Below, in pieces: positions 1 to 7,879 of a DNA stretch of 43,104 nucleotides (its first letter is position 1; each line of letters starts with the position of its first letter). A program made the translations under genes and the position numbers. Source of the stretch: an uncultured Actinomycetes bacterium (GTDB lineage Bacteria > Actinomycetota > Thermoleophilia > UBA2241); assembly GCA_963767005.1 (NCBI GenBank), contig CAVYCN010000017.1:1-43104 (forward strand), read 5' to 3'. The notes beneath the pieces were generated by a model that saw only the letters and a program-made list of their open reading frames with translations, made no database searches and was not told the DNA's origin.

Positions 1-53
1 TCAACAGCCCCCGCAACGTGCGCGGGCGCGAGAACTAAAGGACCGGTGCGCAC

Positions 54-2123
54 ATGCCCCTCCACGTCACCCTGCCCGACGGATCCCCGCTCGAACTCCC
101 CGATGGAGCGACCGCGCTCGACGCCGCGCAGGCGATCGGGCCGCGACTGGCGAAGGCGGCGGCAGCCGCCGCAGTCGCGGCGCGCGGCGGGCACTCAGAA
201 GCCGCTCGCCTTGTCGATCTGGCCCACCCGCTCGCCGACGGCGACCAGGTCGCCATCGTCACTCTCGACTCGCCCGATGGCCTCGATATCCTGCGCCACG
301 ACTGCTCGCACCTGCTGGCCCAGGCGGTCCTGCGCCTCTGGCCTCAGACCAAGTACTCGATCGGGCCGACCATCGAGAACGGCTTCTACTACGACTTCCA
401 GTTCCCCCAGCCGATCTCCGACGCCGACTTTCCGCGCATCGAAGAGGAGATGGCCAGGATCGTCGCCGAGAACCTGCCGGTCGCCCGCTACGAGCTGCCG
501 GTCGACGAGGCCATGCTCGTCTTCAGCCGGGTCGACATCGGTCCCTCAGATCAGGGCCTGCCCACCGGCCTCGACCAGCCCTTCAAGGTCGAGCTCGTGA
601 ACGACCTGGTGACCGCCGCCGAGGCGGCCGGCGAGCCGGTGCCGACCATCTCGGTCTACACCCAGGGCGAGTTCGTCGACCTCTGCCGCGGGCCGCACCT
701 GCCGAGCACCGGGCGCATCGGCAAGGGTACGTTCAAGCTGACCAGCCTGGCCGGCGCCTACTGGCGCGGCGACGAGCACAAGGCCCAGCTCACCCGCATC
801 TACGGCACCGCCTTCGCCAAGAAGGAGGAGCTCGCCGCACACCTCGAGGCGCTCGAGCTGGCTCGCCAGCGCGACCACCGCCGCATCGGCCGCGACCTCG
901 ATCTGTTCAGCTTCCACGACGAGGGCCCCGGCTTTCCCTTCTTCCACCCCAAGGGCATGCGCGTCTGGAACGCCATCATCGACTACTGGCGCGAGGAGCA
1001 CGTGAAGGCCGGCTACGAGGAGCTGCGCACCCCGCAGATCCTGCGCCGCGAGCTCTGGGAGCGCTCGGGCCACTGGGACCACTACCGCGACAACATGTAC
1101 TTCACCGAGATCGACGGCGCGCCCTTTGCCGTGAAGCCCATGAACTGCCCCGGCGGCCTGCTCGTCTACAAGAGCCGCCGGCGCAGCTACCGCGACCTGC
1201 CGATGCGCTGGGCCGAGCTCGGCCAGGTGCACCGTCACGAGATGAGCGGCGTGCTGCACGGCCTGTTCCGCGTGCGCTACTTCACCCAGGACGACGCCCA
1301 CATCTTCTGCACCCCCGAGCAGCTCGAAGACGAGGTGCGCGGCGTGCTGCGCTTCATGCTGCACATCTACGCCGACTTCGGCTTCTCCGACGTGCACATC
1401 GAGCTCTCGACCCGGCCCGACGGCTCGATAGGCACCGACGAGATGTGGGCCTCAGCCGAAGACGCCCTGCGCCACGTGCTCGAGGCCGAGCCCGAGCGCG
1501 GGCCCGACGGCGAGCCGCTGCGCGACGCGGCCGGCGCGGTCGTGCCGATGGCCTACCAGTTGAACCCCGGCGACGGCGCCTTCTACGGCCCCAAGATCGA
1601 CTTTCACATCCGCGACGTCATGGGCCGCAGCTGGCAGTGCGGCACCATCCAGGTCGACTTCGCCATGCCCGAGACCCTCGACATCACCTACACCGGCGCC
1701 GACAACGAGGAGCACCGCCCGGTCATGATCCACCGCGCCATGCTGGGCTCGATCGAGCGCTTCATGGGCATCCTGCTCGAGCACTACGGCGGCAACCTGC
1801 CGACCTGGCTCGCGCCGGTCCAGGCCCTGGTGCTGCCGGTGAGCGACCGCCACGCCGGCTATGCCACCGGCGTGATCGAGGCGCTGCGCGTCGCCGGCCT
1901 GCGCGCCGAGCTCGACGACCGCTCCGAGAGCGTGGGCAAGAGGATCAGGGACGGCCAGCTCCAGAAGGTGCCCTACCTGCTCGTCGTGGGCGACCGCGAG
2001 GAGCAGGCCCGCGCCGTCTCCGTGCGGGCGCGCGGCGAGGAGACCGGCTCGGTGCCGGTCGAGCAGTTCGTGAGCGAGATCAGCGCCGAGGTCGCCGAGC
2101 GGCGGTTGCCGAAGATCGAGTAG
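54..2123 (+). CDS. thrS: Threonine--tRNA ligase
   Basis: N-terminal TGS domain; editing motifs HDCSH and DLCRGPH; class II core KPMNCPG, RHEMSGVLHGLFRVR, GAFYGPKIDF; anticodon-binding C-terminus. Confidence 0.98.
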   Translation: MPLHVTLPDGSPLELPDGATALDAAQAIGPRLAKAAAAAAVAARGGHSEAARLVDLAHPLADGDQVAIVTLDSPDGLDILRHDCSHLLAQAVLRLWPQTKYSIGPTIENGFYYDFQFPQPISDADFPRIEEEMARIVAENLPVARYELPVDEAMLVFSRVDIGPSDQGLPTGLDQPFKVELVNDLVTAAEAAGEPVPTISVYTQGEFVDLCRGPHLPSTGRIGKGTFKLTSLAGAYWRGDEHKAQLTRIYGTAFAKKEELAAHLEALELARQRDHRRIGRDLDLFSFHDEGPGFPFFHPKGMRVWNAIIDYWREEHVKAGYEELRTPQILRRELWERSGHWDHYRDNMYFTEIDGAPFAVKPMNCPGGLLVYKSRRRSYRDLPMRWAELGQVHRHEMSGVLHGLFRVRYFTQDDAHIFCTPEQLEDEVRGVLRFMLHIYADFGFSDVHIELSTRPDGSIGTDEMWASAEDALRHVLEAEPERGPDGEPLRDAAGAVVPMAYQLNPGDGAFYGPKIDFHIRDVMGRSWQCGTIQVDFAMPETLDITYTGADNEEHRPVMIHRAMLGSIERFMGILLEHYGGNLPTWLAPVQALVLPVSDRHAGYATGVIEALRVAGLRAELDDRSESVGKRIRDGQLQKVPYLLVVGDREEQARAVSVRARGEETGSVPVEQFVSEISAEVAERRLPKIE

Positions 2124-2131
2124 GAGACGGT

Positions 2132-2177
2132 GGCGCGGGGGCGCGGCGGTCGCTCGCGACCGCCGCGCCCCCGCGCC
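2132..2177. terminator. Perfect 22-bp inverted repeat between convergent thrS and the J-domain gene; likely bidirectional terminator
   Basis: GGCGCGGGGGCGCGGCGGTCGC-tc-GCGACCGCCGCGCCCCCGCGCC. Confidence 0.75.
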
Positions 2178-2178
2178 C

Positions 2179-2529
2179 TTACGCTTCGCTCAGACCGGCG
2201 AGCACGTCGGCGAACTTCCCCATCTGAAAGACGCGGCTGCCCTGGTGGAAGAGGCGCTGGTCGAACTGCGTCGTAGCGGTGCGCGGTTGCGGGCGGCCGC
2301 TGCGAGCGTCGCGCAGGTGCAGGCGCTGGAGCGTGTCGTACTTGCGGCGTTTCTCGGGATCGGCGAGCGTCGCGTGGGCCTCGTTGATCTCGACGAACTT
2401 CGCCTCGCAGGTCGAGTCGCCCGGGTTGCGGTCGGGATGATACTGGCGCGCCAGCCTGCGATACGCCGTGCGGATCTCGCTCTCCGACGCCTGCTGCGCG
2501 ATGCCGAGGATCTGGTAGAAGTCGTTCAT
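2179..2529 (-). CDS. Small J-domain protein (type III, 116 aa)
   Basis: [10 protein letters not shown]...[20 protein letters not shown]...[21 protein letters not shown] with intact HPD; no G/F region or zinc finger; start reassigned to ATG 2529. Confidence 0.9.
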   Translation of the reverse strand: MNDFYQILGIAQQASESEIRTAYRRLARQYHPDRNPGDSTCEAKFVEINEAHATLADPEKRRKYDTLQRLHLRDARSGRPQPRTATTQFDQRLFHQGSRVFQMGKFADVLAGLSEA

Positions 2530-2537
2530 GCCAAGAA

Positions 2538-2566
2538 GAATCGGCAACCGTCTCGACCAAGTTGAC
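2538..2566 (-). promoter_or_regulatory. Candidate FliA/WhiG (sigma28)-type promoter for the J-domain gene
   Basis: Minus strand GTCAAC-N15-GCCGATTC ending 8 nt before the ATG; no SD. Confidence 0.35.
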
Positions 2567-2681
2567 GATTGCGCCCAAAGTCGGGGCGCAGTACCTAGAG
2601 CGACTGGGTGCGATGCCCATTGAGCGCCTGCCGCGAGATGCCGAAATACAGAGCAAGAGTGTCGTGGCAAGGAGCAGAACA

Positions 2682-3872
2682 ATGACCATGGTCGACGACT
2701 GCAGACCACTGAGCGCCGAACGTGAGTGTGAGAGGCTCAGGAGCGTCCCCGACGATCGTGACGGGCAGCGCCGGCACGTGGTCTTTGCGTTTCGCCGGCG
2801 CAGTCGCGCCGCCGCCCACGGCGACGGCAGAGGCACCCCCGGCGGCCGCACACAGAAGACCGAGCGTGCAGCGGCCCAGGACGGCAGCCTCGCCCAGCCG
2901 CACAGCGACCCCCACGGCGCGACGGCGGCCCGGAAGCTGGCACACCGCCTGGCGGCCGCGGGCCGCTACGCGGACGCCCTCGGCGCCTACGAGAACGCGC
3001 AAGCCCTTTACCTGCGCGCCGGCGCCGAGATCGAGGCGGCGCGCTGCGCGGCCGACCGGGCCAACGTGCTGGCGGCCACGGACCGCTTCGCGGAGGCCCT
3101 GGCCGGCTACGACGCCGCCCAGGGCGTTCTTGCCCGCCTTGGTTGCGAGGTCGACGCGGCGCGCTGCGTCATGAACCGCGCCGTCGCACTGGCCAATCTG
3201 GGTCGCTTCGACGACGCGCTCGCCGCCTACCAGAAGGCGGAGGAGGCTCTGGTGCGCCTCGGTGGCGAGGTCGACGCCGCGCGCTGCACGGCCAACCGGG
3301 CCAACGTGCTGGCGAATCTTGGACGTCTCTCCGAAGCGATGGCCGGGTACGACGCCGCCCAGGCGGTGCTCGAGCGTTGCGGCTGCGAGGCCGAGGCGGC
3401 TGCCTGTCTGGCCAATCGCGCCGTCGTTCACGCGGCGTTGGGACATTATCAGGACGCGCTGGCAGGCTACGAAGAGGCGCGCGCGATCTACGAGCGCCAC
3501 GGCCACGATAGCGGGCAAGCCCGCTGCACGGTCCAGCGCGCGAGCACCTTGGCCAGTCTCGGGCGTTTCGGCGAGGCCTCATCTCTCTTCGAGGAGGCCG
3601 AGGCCGTCTACCGGCGTCTCAGCCAGGACCTCGAAGTGGCCCGTTGCAAGCTGGGCAACGCCGACGCTCTGCGCAACCTCGGCCGCTCCACCGAGGCTCT
3701 GTCCGCCTACGAGGAGGCCCGCTCGCTCTACGAGCAGCACGACCAGAAGGTCGAGGCGGCTCGCTGCGTCATGAGCCGGGCCAAGGTGCTGTCCACCCTG
3801 GGCCGGACCGCCGAGGCCCGCGCCGATTTCGAGCAGGCCCGCGCCGTGTTCGCGCGCTTCTCCCAGACATGA
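2682..3872 (+). CDS. TPR protein with eight 40-aa TPR_12-like repeats
   Basis: 40-aa period ARCxxNRAxxLAxLGRxxEALAxYExA; AAGGAG SD 7 nt before ATG 2682. Confidence 0.9.
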   Translation: MTMVDDCRPLSAERECERLRSVPDDRDGQRRHVVFAFRRRSRAAAHGDGRGTPGGRTQKTERAAAQDGSLAQPHSDPHGATAARKLAHRLAAAGRYADALGAYENAQALYLRAGAEIEAARCAADRANVLAATDRFAEALAGYDAAQGVLARLGCEVDAARCVMNRAVALANLGRFDDALAAYQKAEEALVRLGGEVDAARCTANRANVLANLGRLSEAMAGYDAAQAVLERCGCEAEAAACLANRAVVHAALGHYQDALAGYEEARAIYERHGHDSGQARCTVQRASTLASLGRFGEASSLFEEAEAVYRRLSQDLEVARCKLGNADALRNLGRSTEALSAYEEARSLYEQHDQKVEAARCVMSRAKVLSTLGRTAEARADFEQARAVFARFSQT

Positions 3873-3941
3873 CGCGGGGGCGGTCCATCGTGCTCCGTGG
3901 GTCGCCGACCGCCGCGACAAAGACCGCGGCGAGGTAGCGCG

Positions 3942-4574
3942 ATGACCTCGTGCGAGCCCTGGGCGGCGACGAGCGAGTTGCGCCAGGTCCTGGAGGAGGC
4001 GCTCGCCAGTTACGACACCGCCGAGGCAGGCGACGAGGACGCGGACGCTCCCCCCGTCCGAGAGGTCGAGCTCGACCGGTCGGCTGAGCCCGCTTGCTCG
4101 GTCCAGCCCGACCGGTCGGCTGAGCCCGCTTGCTCGGTCCAGCCCGACCGGTCGACCCCGGACTACCTCGACCAGCTCCTGCGCCTCAAGGCCGAGTTCG
4201 AGAACTATCGCAAGCGCGTGCAGCGCGACAACGAGGCCCTGGTGCTGCGCGCCGGCGAGGGCGTGATCGAGTCGCTGCTGCCGGTGCTCGACAACATGGC
4301 GCGCACGCTCGAGGCGGCGGAGCAGCACGAGGAAGGGCAACTGATCAAGGGCGTGGAGATCGTCTCCGGGCAGTTGCGCTCGGTGCTCGAGGGTCACGGC
4401 CTCGATGAGGTGCCGGCCGCCCCCGGCCTGCCGTTCGACCCCAACGTCCACGAGGCGGTCGTCGCCCAGGAGTCCGACGAGTACTCGGAGGGTGCGATCG
4501 TGGCCGTGCTCGAGGCGGGGTATCTGCTGCACGGCCGCCTGCTGCGGCCGGCCAGAGTGATCGTGGCGAGGTAG
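3942..4574 (+). CDS. grpE: Nucleotide exchange factor GrpE
   Basis: LLRLKAEFENYRKR, LLPVLDN, FDPNVHEAV, GYLLHGRLLRPARVIV; GAGG SD before ATG 3942. Confidence 0.93.
   Translation: MTSCEPWAATSELRQVLEEALASYDTAEAGDEDADAPPVREVELDRSAEPACSVQPDRSAEPACSVQPDRSTPDYLDQLLRLKAEFENYRKRVQRDNEALVLRAGEGVIESLLPVLDNMARTLEAAEQHEEGQLIKGVEIVSGQLRSVLEGHGLDEVPAAPGLPFDPNVHEAVVAQESDEYSEGAIVAVLEAGYLLHGRLLRPARVIVAR
4074..4154 (+). repeat. Exact 36-bp tandem repeat (2 copies plus 9 bp) within grpE
   Basis: GACCGGTCGGCTGAGCCCGCTTGCTCGGTCCAGCCC at 4074 and 4110, partial at 4146; encodes DRSAEPACSVQP x2. Confidence 0.95.
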
Positions 4575-4609
4575 GGCGGCCTCAGGGCGGCGCGGCGACC
4601 CGCGGCTCG

Positions 4610-4645
4610 TTGTCAACTTGACCATTTCTGGTCATACTGTGACCA
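4610..4645 (+). promoter_or_regulatory. sigmaA-type promoter of the TA operon (leaderless) with palindromic operator
   Basis: TTGTCA(4610)-17-CATACT(4633)-6 nt-ATG; TGACCA-N4-TGGTCA at 4619-4634 and TGGTCA-N5-TGACCA at 4629-4645. Confidence 0.7.
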
Positions 4646-4929
4646 TGGAACGCGTGACCGTCGCTCAGCTCAAGTCCAGGCTCAGTCACTACCTGCGCGA
4701 GGTGCGCGCGGGCAGGTCGTTCACGGTCGTGAGTCGGGACATCCCCGTGGCCACGCTCGGGCCGCACGACGTCTCCGGCGATGACGGTCTCCAGTCGATC
4801 CCGCCCGACCCGGCGGCGCCCCCGTTGTCTGCGCCGGTGTACGGTGGGCACGCCGACGCACCCGACGCCGTCGAGCTCATCCGCGAGGGGCGGGAAGACC
4901 GCAGCGACGCGAGCGACGCCGCCGGGTGA
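4645..4929 (+). CDS. Phd/YefM-family antitoxin
   Basis: MERVTVAQLKSRLSHYLREVRAGRSFTVVSRDIPVATL; GTGA overlap with the PIN gene. Confidence 0.88.
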   Translation: MERVTVAQLKSRLSHYLREVRAGRSFTVVSRDIPVATLGPHDVSGDDGLQSIPPDPAAPPLSAPVYGGHADAPDAVELIREGREDRSDASDAAG

Positions 4930-5342
4930 TCGCCTACGTCGACTCGTCGGTGTTTCTGCGCTTCGTGCTCGACCAGCCCGGCCAGCTCACCGATCTCGAC
5001 CGCTGCGATGGGCTGGTCACGTCGGTCCTGGCCGAAGCTGAGTGCCTGCGCGCCGTCGAGAACCTGCGACTGACCGGCCCCATGGGGCACGACGAGTACC
5101 TGGCTCGGCGCCGGGCCGTCTACGACAAGCTGCGGCGGGCCGAACGCGTCCTGATCACGCCCGAGATCCTCGAGCGCGCCGCGGGGCCGTTGCCTGCGCC
5201 GCTGCCCACGCTCGACGCCATCCACCTGGCGACCGCCCTGGAGTGGCGCGGACACCGTGAGCCTTCGCTCGCCTTCGCCACGCACGACACGAAGCTCGCC
5301 GGCGCGGCCGCAGCGCTCGGCTTCGACGTCATCGGGGTGTGA
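4926..5342 (+). CDS. VapC-family PIN-domain toxin
   Basis: IAYVDSS, EAECLRA, TLDAIHLATA, FATHD acidic PIN motifs. Confidence 0.9.
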   Translation: MIAYVDSSVFLRFVLDQPGQLTDLDRCDGLVTSVLAEAECLRAVENLRLTGPMGHDEYLARRRAVYDKLRRAERVLITPEILERAAGPLPAPLPTLDAIHLATALEWRGHREPSLAFATHDTKLAGAAAALGFDVIGV

Positions 5343-5412
5343 GTCCGCGTCTCATCTCGTCGCCCGGTATACACTGCCGAACGTTCGTGAACGACGGGGA
5401 GTGGAGGCGACG

Positions 5413-5985
5413 GTGAAGCTCTTGGCGATTGCGGGGAGCCCGCGCAGGAACGGCAACAGCACGGCACTCATGCGCCATGCCGTCGAGGGTGCCCAGGAGC
5501 GCGGCGCGACCGCCGAGGTCGTGGCGGCGCGCGACCTGAAGGTCGCCGGCTGTCTGGCCTGCGAATCGTGCAAGCGCGCCGCCGACGCGGTCTGCGTGCA
5601 AAAGGACGACATGCACGCCGTCTACGCCGCCATCCGCGACTGCGACGCGCTGCTGCTGGCGAGCCCCGTCTACTTCTACGGCCTCACGGCCCAGATCAAG
5701 GCGATCGTCGACCGCTGCTACGCGCTCATGCCCTTCGAGGGCGTGCCCGCCGGCGAGCAGCCCGTGCCGCGCATCGCCCCCGGCAAGCCGCTCTACGTGA
5801 TCACGACGCAGGCCGACACCCCGGTCTTCTTCGGCCTGCAGGTCTACTCGACGATCGCCTACGGCATGAGCTGGCTCGGCATGAAGCCGGCCGGCGAGCT
5901 CGTCGCCACCGGGCTGCAGGACGCCGGCGACTGGCAGGGCCGCGACGACCTGATCGCCGCGGCGCGGGCGCTCGTGAGGGTCTGA
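5413..5985 (+). CDS. Iron-sulfur flavoprotein / NADPH-dependent FMN reductase family
   Basis: GSPRRNGNS, CLACESC-x7-C-x3-DD, ASPVYFYG, KAIVDR; GGAGG SD before GTG 5413. Confidence 0.9.
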   Translation: MKLLAIAGSPRRNGNSTALMRHAVEGAQERGATAEVVAARDLKVAGCLACESCKRAADAVCVQKDDMHAVYAAIRDCDALLLASPVYFYGLTAQIKAIVDRCYALMPFEGVPAGEQPVPRIAPGKPLYVITTQADTPVFFGLQVYSTIAYGMSWLGMKPAGELVATGLQDAGDWQGRDDLIAAARALVRV

Positions 5986-5995
5986 GGCGCCGGAG

Positions 5996-6022
5996 GGCGG
6001 CCGGGCCTGCGGCCCGGCCGCC
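5996..6022 (+). terminator. GC hairpin after the flavoprotein gene
   Basis: GGCGGCCGGGCC-tgc-GGCCCGGCCGCC; 12-bp perfect stem, no U tract. Confidence 0.55.
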
Positions 6023-6052
6023 GGTCAGGGTCTGAGCCTCCGAGCCGACCCT

Positions 6053-6080
6053 TCAAGTCGCCGTGGCTCCGTGACGATAC
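6053..6080 (+). promoter_or_regulatory. Candidate sigma28-type promoter
   Basis: TCAAG-N15-GACGATAC upstream of the pilin-like gene. Confidence 0.35.
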
Positions 6081-6113
6081 GTGGGACGTCATACCATGCG
6101 ACTTGGGGGCACG

Positions 6114-6833
6114 GTGCGGCTGTCGCAACGAGACCTGCTGATCCTCGTGGTCGTCTGCCTGGCGATCGCCGCCGTCGCCATGGTCTTTGCCGTCAGACCG
6201 GCGAGCCGGCCGGCACCGGGCGGTCAGAGCGTTCACGACGCCGGACCAGGCGGCGCCTTCGTCGGGCGCTGGAAAGCCTTCGGCCCGCAGATGAACGCGT
6301 GGTACGAGGTCGACATCACGCGAAGCGGCTCCGAGTTCCTTGTAACGATCCCGGTCGCGATTGAGTCTGCCCGGTTCCTGCTGGCGAACGGCAAGCTCGT
6401 CGCGGCGAGCTCCGGGACCGGCGGGACCGGTGTCCTCTCACTGGAGCACGGCCACGTCGTGCTCACCGCTCCCAGCTCGACTGCCGGGGCGCCCGACGTG
6501 GTCGAGACCCTGAAGCCGATCCCGTCGTCGGCGCCGACGCCGACGCCCGACGCGAGCGCCTGCGCCGACCAGATCATGGCGGGGGTGCACGACATCCAGA
6601 TCGCCGTGCAGACGTGGGCCGTCAAGCATGAGGACGCCTACCCGCCGCCCTACATGGTCGTGCCGGGCGGCGACGTCGCGCAGTACGTCGAGCAGTGGCC
6701 GACCGACCCGTACACGGGGAAGGCCATGACGCCGGGCACCGGGCCGGGTCAGTACCAATACACGCTGCAGGGCAACGAGTTCAGCATCACCGCCTACGGC
6801 CCGAACGGGGCGGCGATCTTCACGGTGCCCTAG
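6114..6833 (+). CDS. Membrane-anchored protein with C-terminal pilin/GspG-like domain
   Basis: N-terminal hydrophobic helix (LLILVVVCLAIAAVAMVFAV), PTPTP linker, then DIQIAVQTWAV...YP...WPTDPYTG...YQY; start may be 6096 or 6114. Confidence 0.7.
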   Translation: MRLSQRDLLILVVVCLAIAAVAMVFAVRPASRPAPGGQSVHDAGPGGAFVGRWKAFGPQMNAWYEVDITRSGSEFLVTIPVAIESARFLLANGKLVAASSGTGGTGVLSLEHGHVVLTAPSSTAGAPDVVETLKPIPSSAPTPTPDASACADQIMAGVHDIQIAVQTWAVKHEDAYPPPYMVVPGGDVAQYVEQWPTDPYTGKAMTPGTGPGQYQYTLQGNEFSITAYGPNGAAIFTVP

Positions 6834-6969
6834 ACATGGCCAGAGCGCGCGTCAGGGCGTGGTCGCCGAGCTGCCGGGCTTCGAGGTGAGCGGTACCTGA
6901 CCGCCGCGCCGCCGTCGCCTGCCGAGCGAAACCTGCCCCATCGCAGCGCGAACCCTCGCGCATGGCTCC

Positions 6970-6998
6970 TCGACCAACTGCTTCGTGAGCCGTAGGCT
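6970..6998 (+). promoter_or_regulatory. Candidate sigmaA promoter
   Basis: TCGACC-17-TAGGCT upstream of the 7074 gene. Confidence 0.4.
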
Positions 6999-7073
6999 TG
7001 TCCCCGCAACCGAGGGCTTCGCCGTATCGTGGCCGTGAGTGGCGGCGGTCGGCGAGCCGAAAGGGGTGATCGC

Positions 7074-7508
7074 GTGATCACGGCGGCGATCCTCAGGCGC
7101 AGGCTGCGCGAGGGCAAGACCTACGACGACTTCCGCAGAGCCTGGTATCACACCACCGGCTTCGGCGTGTCCAACCGCATGCTCACCGTGCTGAACGCGG
7201 CCGACCCGCGCGAGGTGATCGTCATCGGCCTGACCGAGGCGTCGGCCGAGCAGGCGCGCCAGCTGCTGGCGATCGACGCCGCCGAGCGCGAGCACAACCC
7301 GCTCGACGACGTCGTCGAGCCGCCGGTCGAGCGGACCTTCGGCGTGCTGATCGCCGAGGACGACTTCTCGGCGAGCGGGCCGCTCGGGTACCGCCAGGCG
7401 GCGGTCGGCGGCGTCGAGACCGACGTCGCTGCGGTCGAGCGCGAGATCGCCGCGAACGCCGCGCTGCTCGCCCGCCTCATGCAGGGCAGCATCGCCGCAG
7501 ACCTGTAG
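7074..7508 (+). CDS. Hypothetical protein (possible dimeric alpha-beta barrel)
   Basis: RRRLREGKTYDDFRRAWY...NAADPREVIVIG; high-GC3 codon use; AAGGGG SD before GTG 7074. Confidence 0.7.
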   Translation: MITAAILRRRLREGKTYDDFRRAWYHTTGFGVSNRMLTVLNAADPREVIVIGLTEASAEQARQLLAIDAAEREHNPLDDVVEPPVERTFGVLIAEDDFSASGPLGYRQAAVGGVETDVAAVEREIAANAALLARLMQGSIAADL

Positions 7509-7567
7509 GCCGCGGTCAAGCGTCCGCAGCGGGCGCGGCCTTCGCCGACATCGACACTGGGGGACTC

Positions 7568-7789
7568 GTGAGCAAGGGGCCGCAGCAGACCACCGATACC
7601 TGCCTGCGCTGCCAGCAGCCGCTCTGGAGCTTTGGTCAGCAGGAGTTCCGCGTGGGCGGCACCACGGGCGGCTGGAAGATGATGTTCGGCGAGTTCGCCG
7701 AGCTCGGCGAAGACATGATCCCGCTCGAGATGCTCGCCTGCCGCGCCTGCGGCAAGGTCGAGCTGCGCGTGCCCGACGGGGGCAAGTGA
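7568..7789 (+). CDS. Small zinc-ribbon protein
   Basis: 73 aa with CLRC and CRACGKVE knuckles; GGGGGA SD. Confidence 0.75.
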   Translation: MSKGPQQTTDTCLRCQQPLWSFGQQEFRVGGTTGGWKMMFGEFAELGEDMIPLEMLACRACGKVELRVPDGGK

Positions 7790-7879
7790 CGTCGGAGTGG
7801 CCTGCCGGACGCCGTGGGCCGGGCGGTCGGCGGCCGCAGGTTGGTAGGATGTGGGGCAAGCGGAGCACGGAGGACGACG

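Noticed and set aside
1-38. Possible 3' end of an upstream gene (...NSPRNVRGREN*, TAA at 36-38)
   Set aside because: Too short to identify; it also leaves no visible T-box before thrS
2530-2709. ORF-track N-terminal extensions of the J-domain and TPR genes that overlap each other
   Set aside because: Homology begins at ATG 2529 and a strong SD marks ATG 2682, so the region is better read as a divergent promoter
5378-5387. CGAACGTTCG as a LexA box
   Set aside because: The Gram-positive SOS box needs CGAAC-N4-GTTCG; here the spacer is zero
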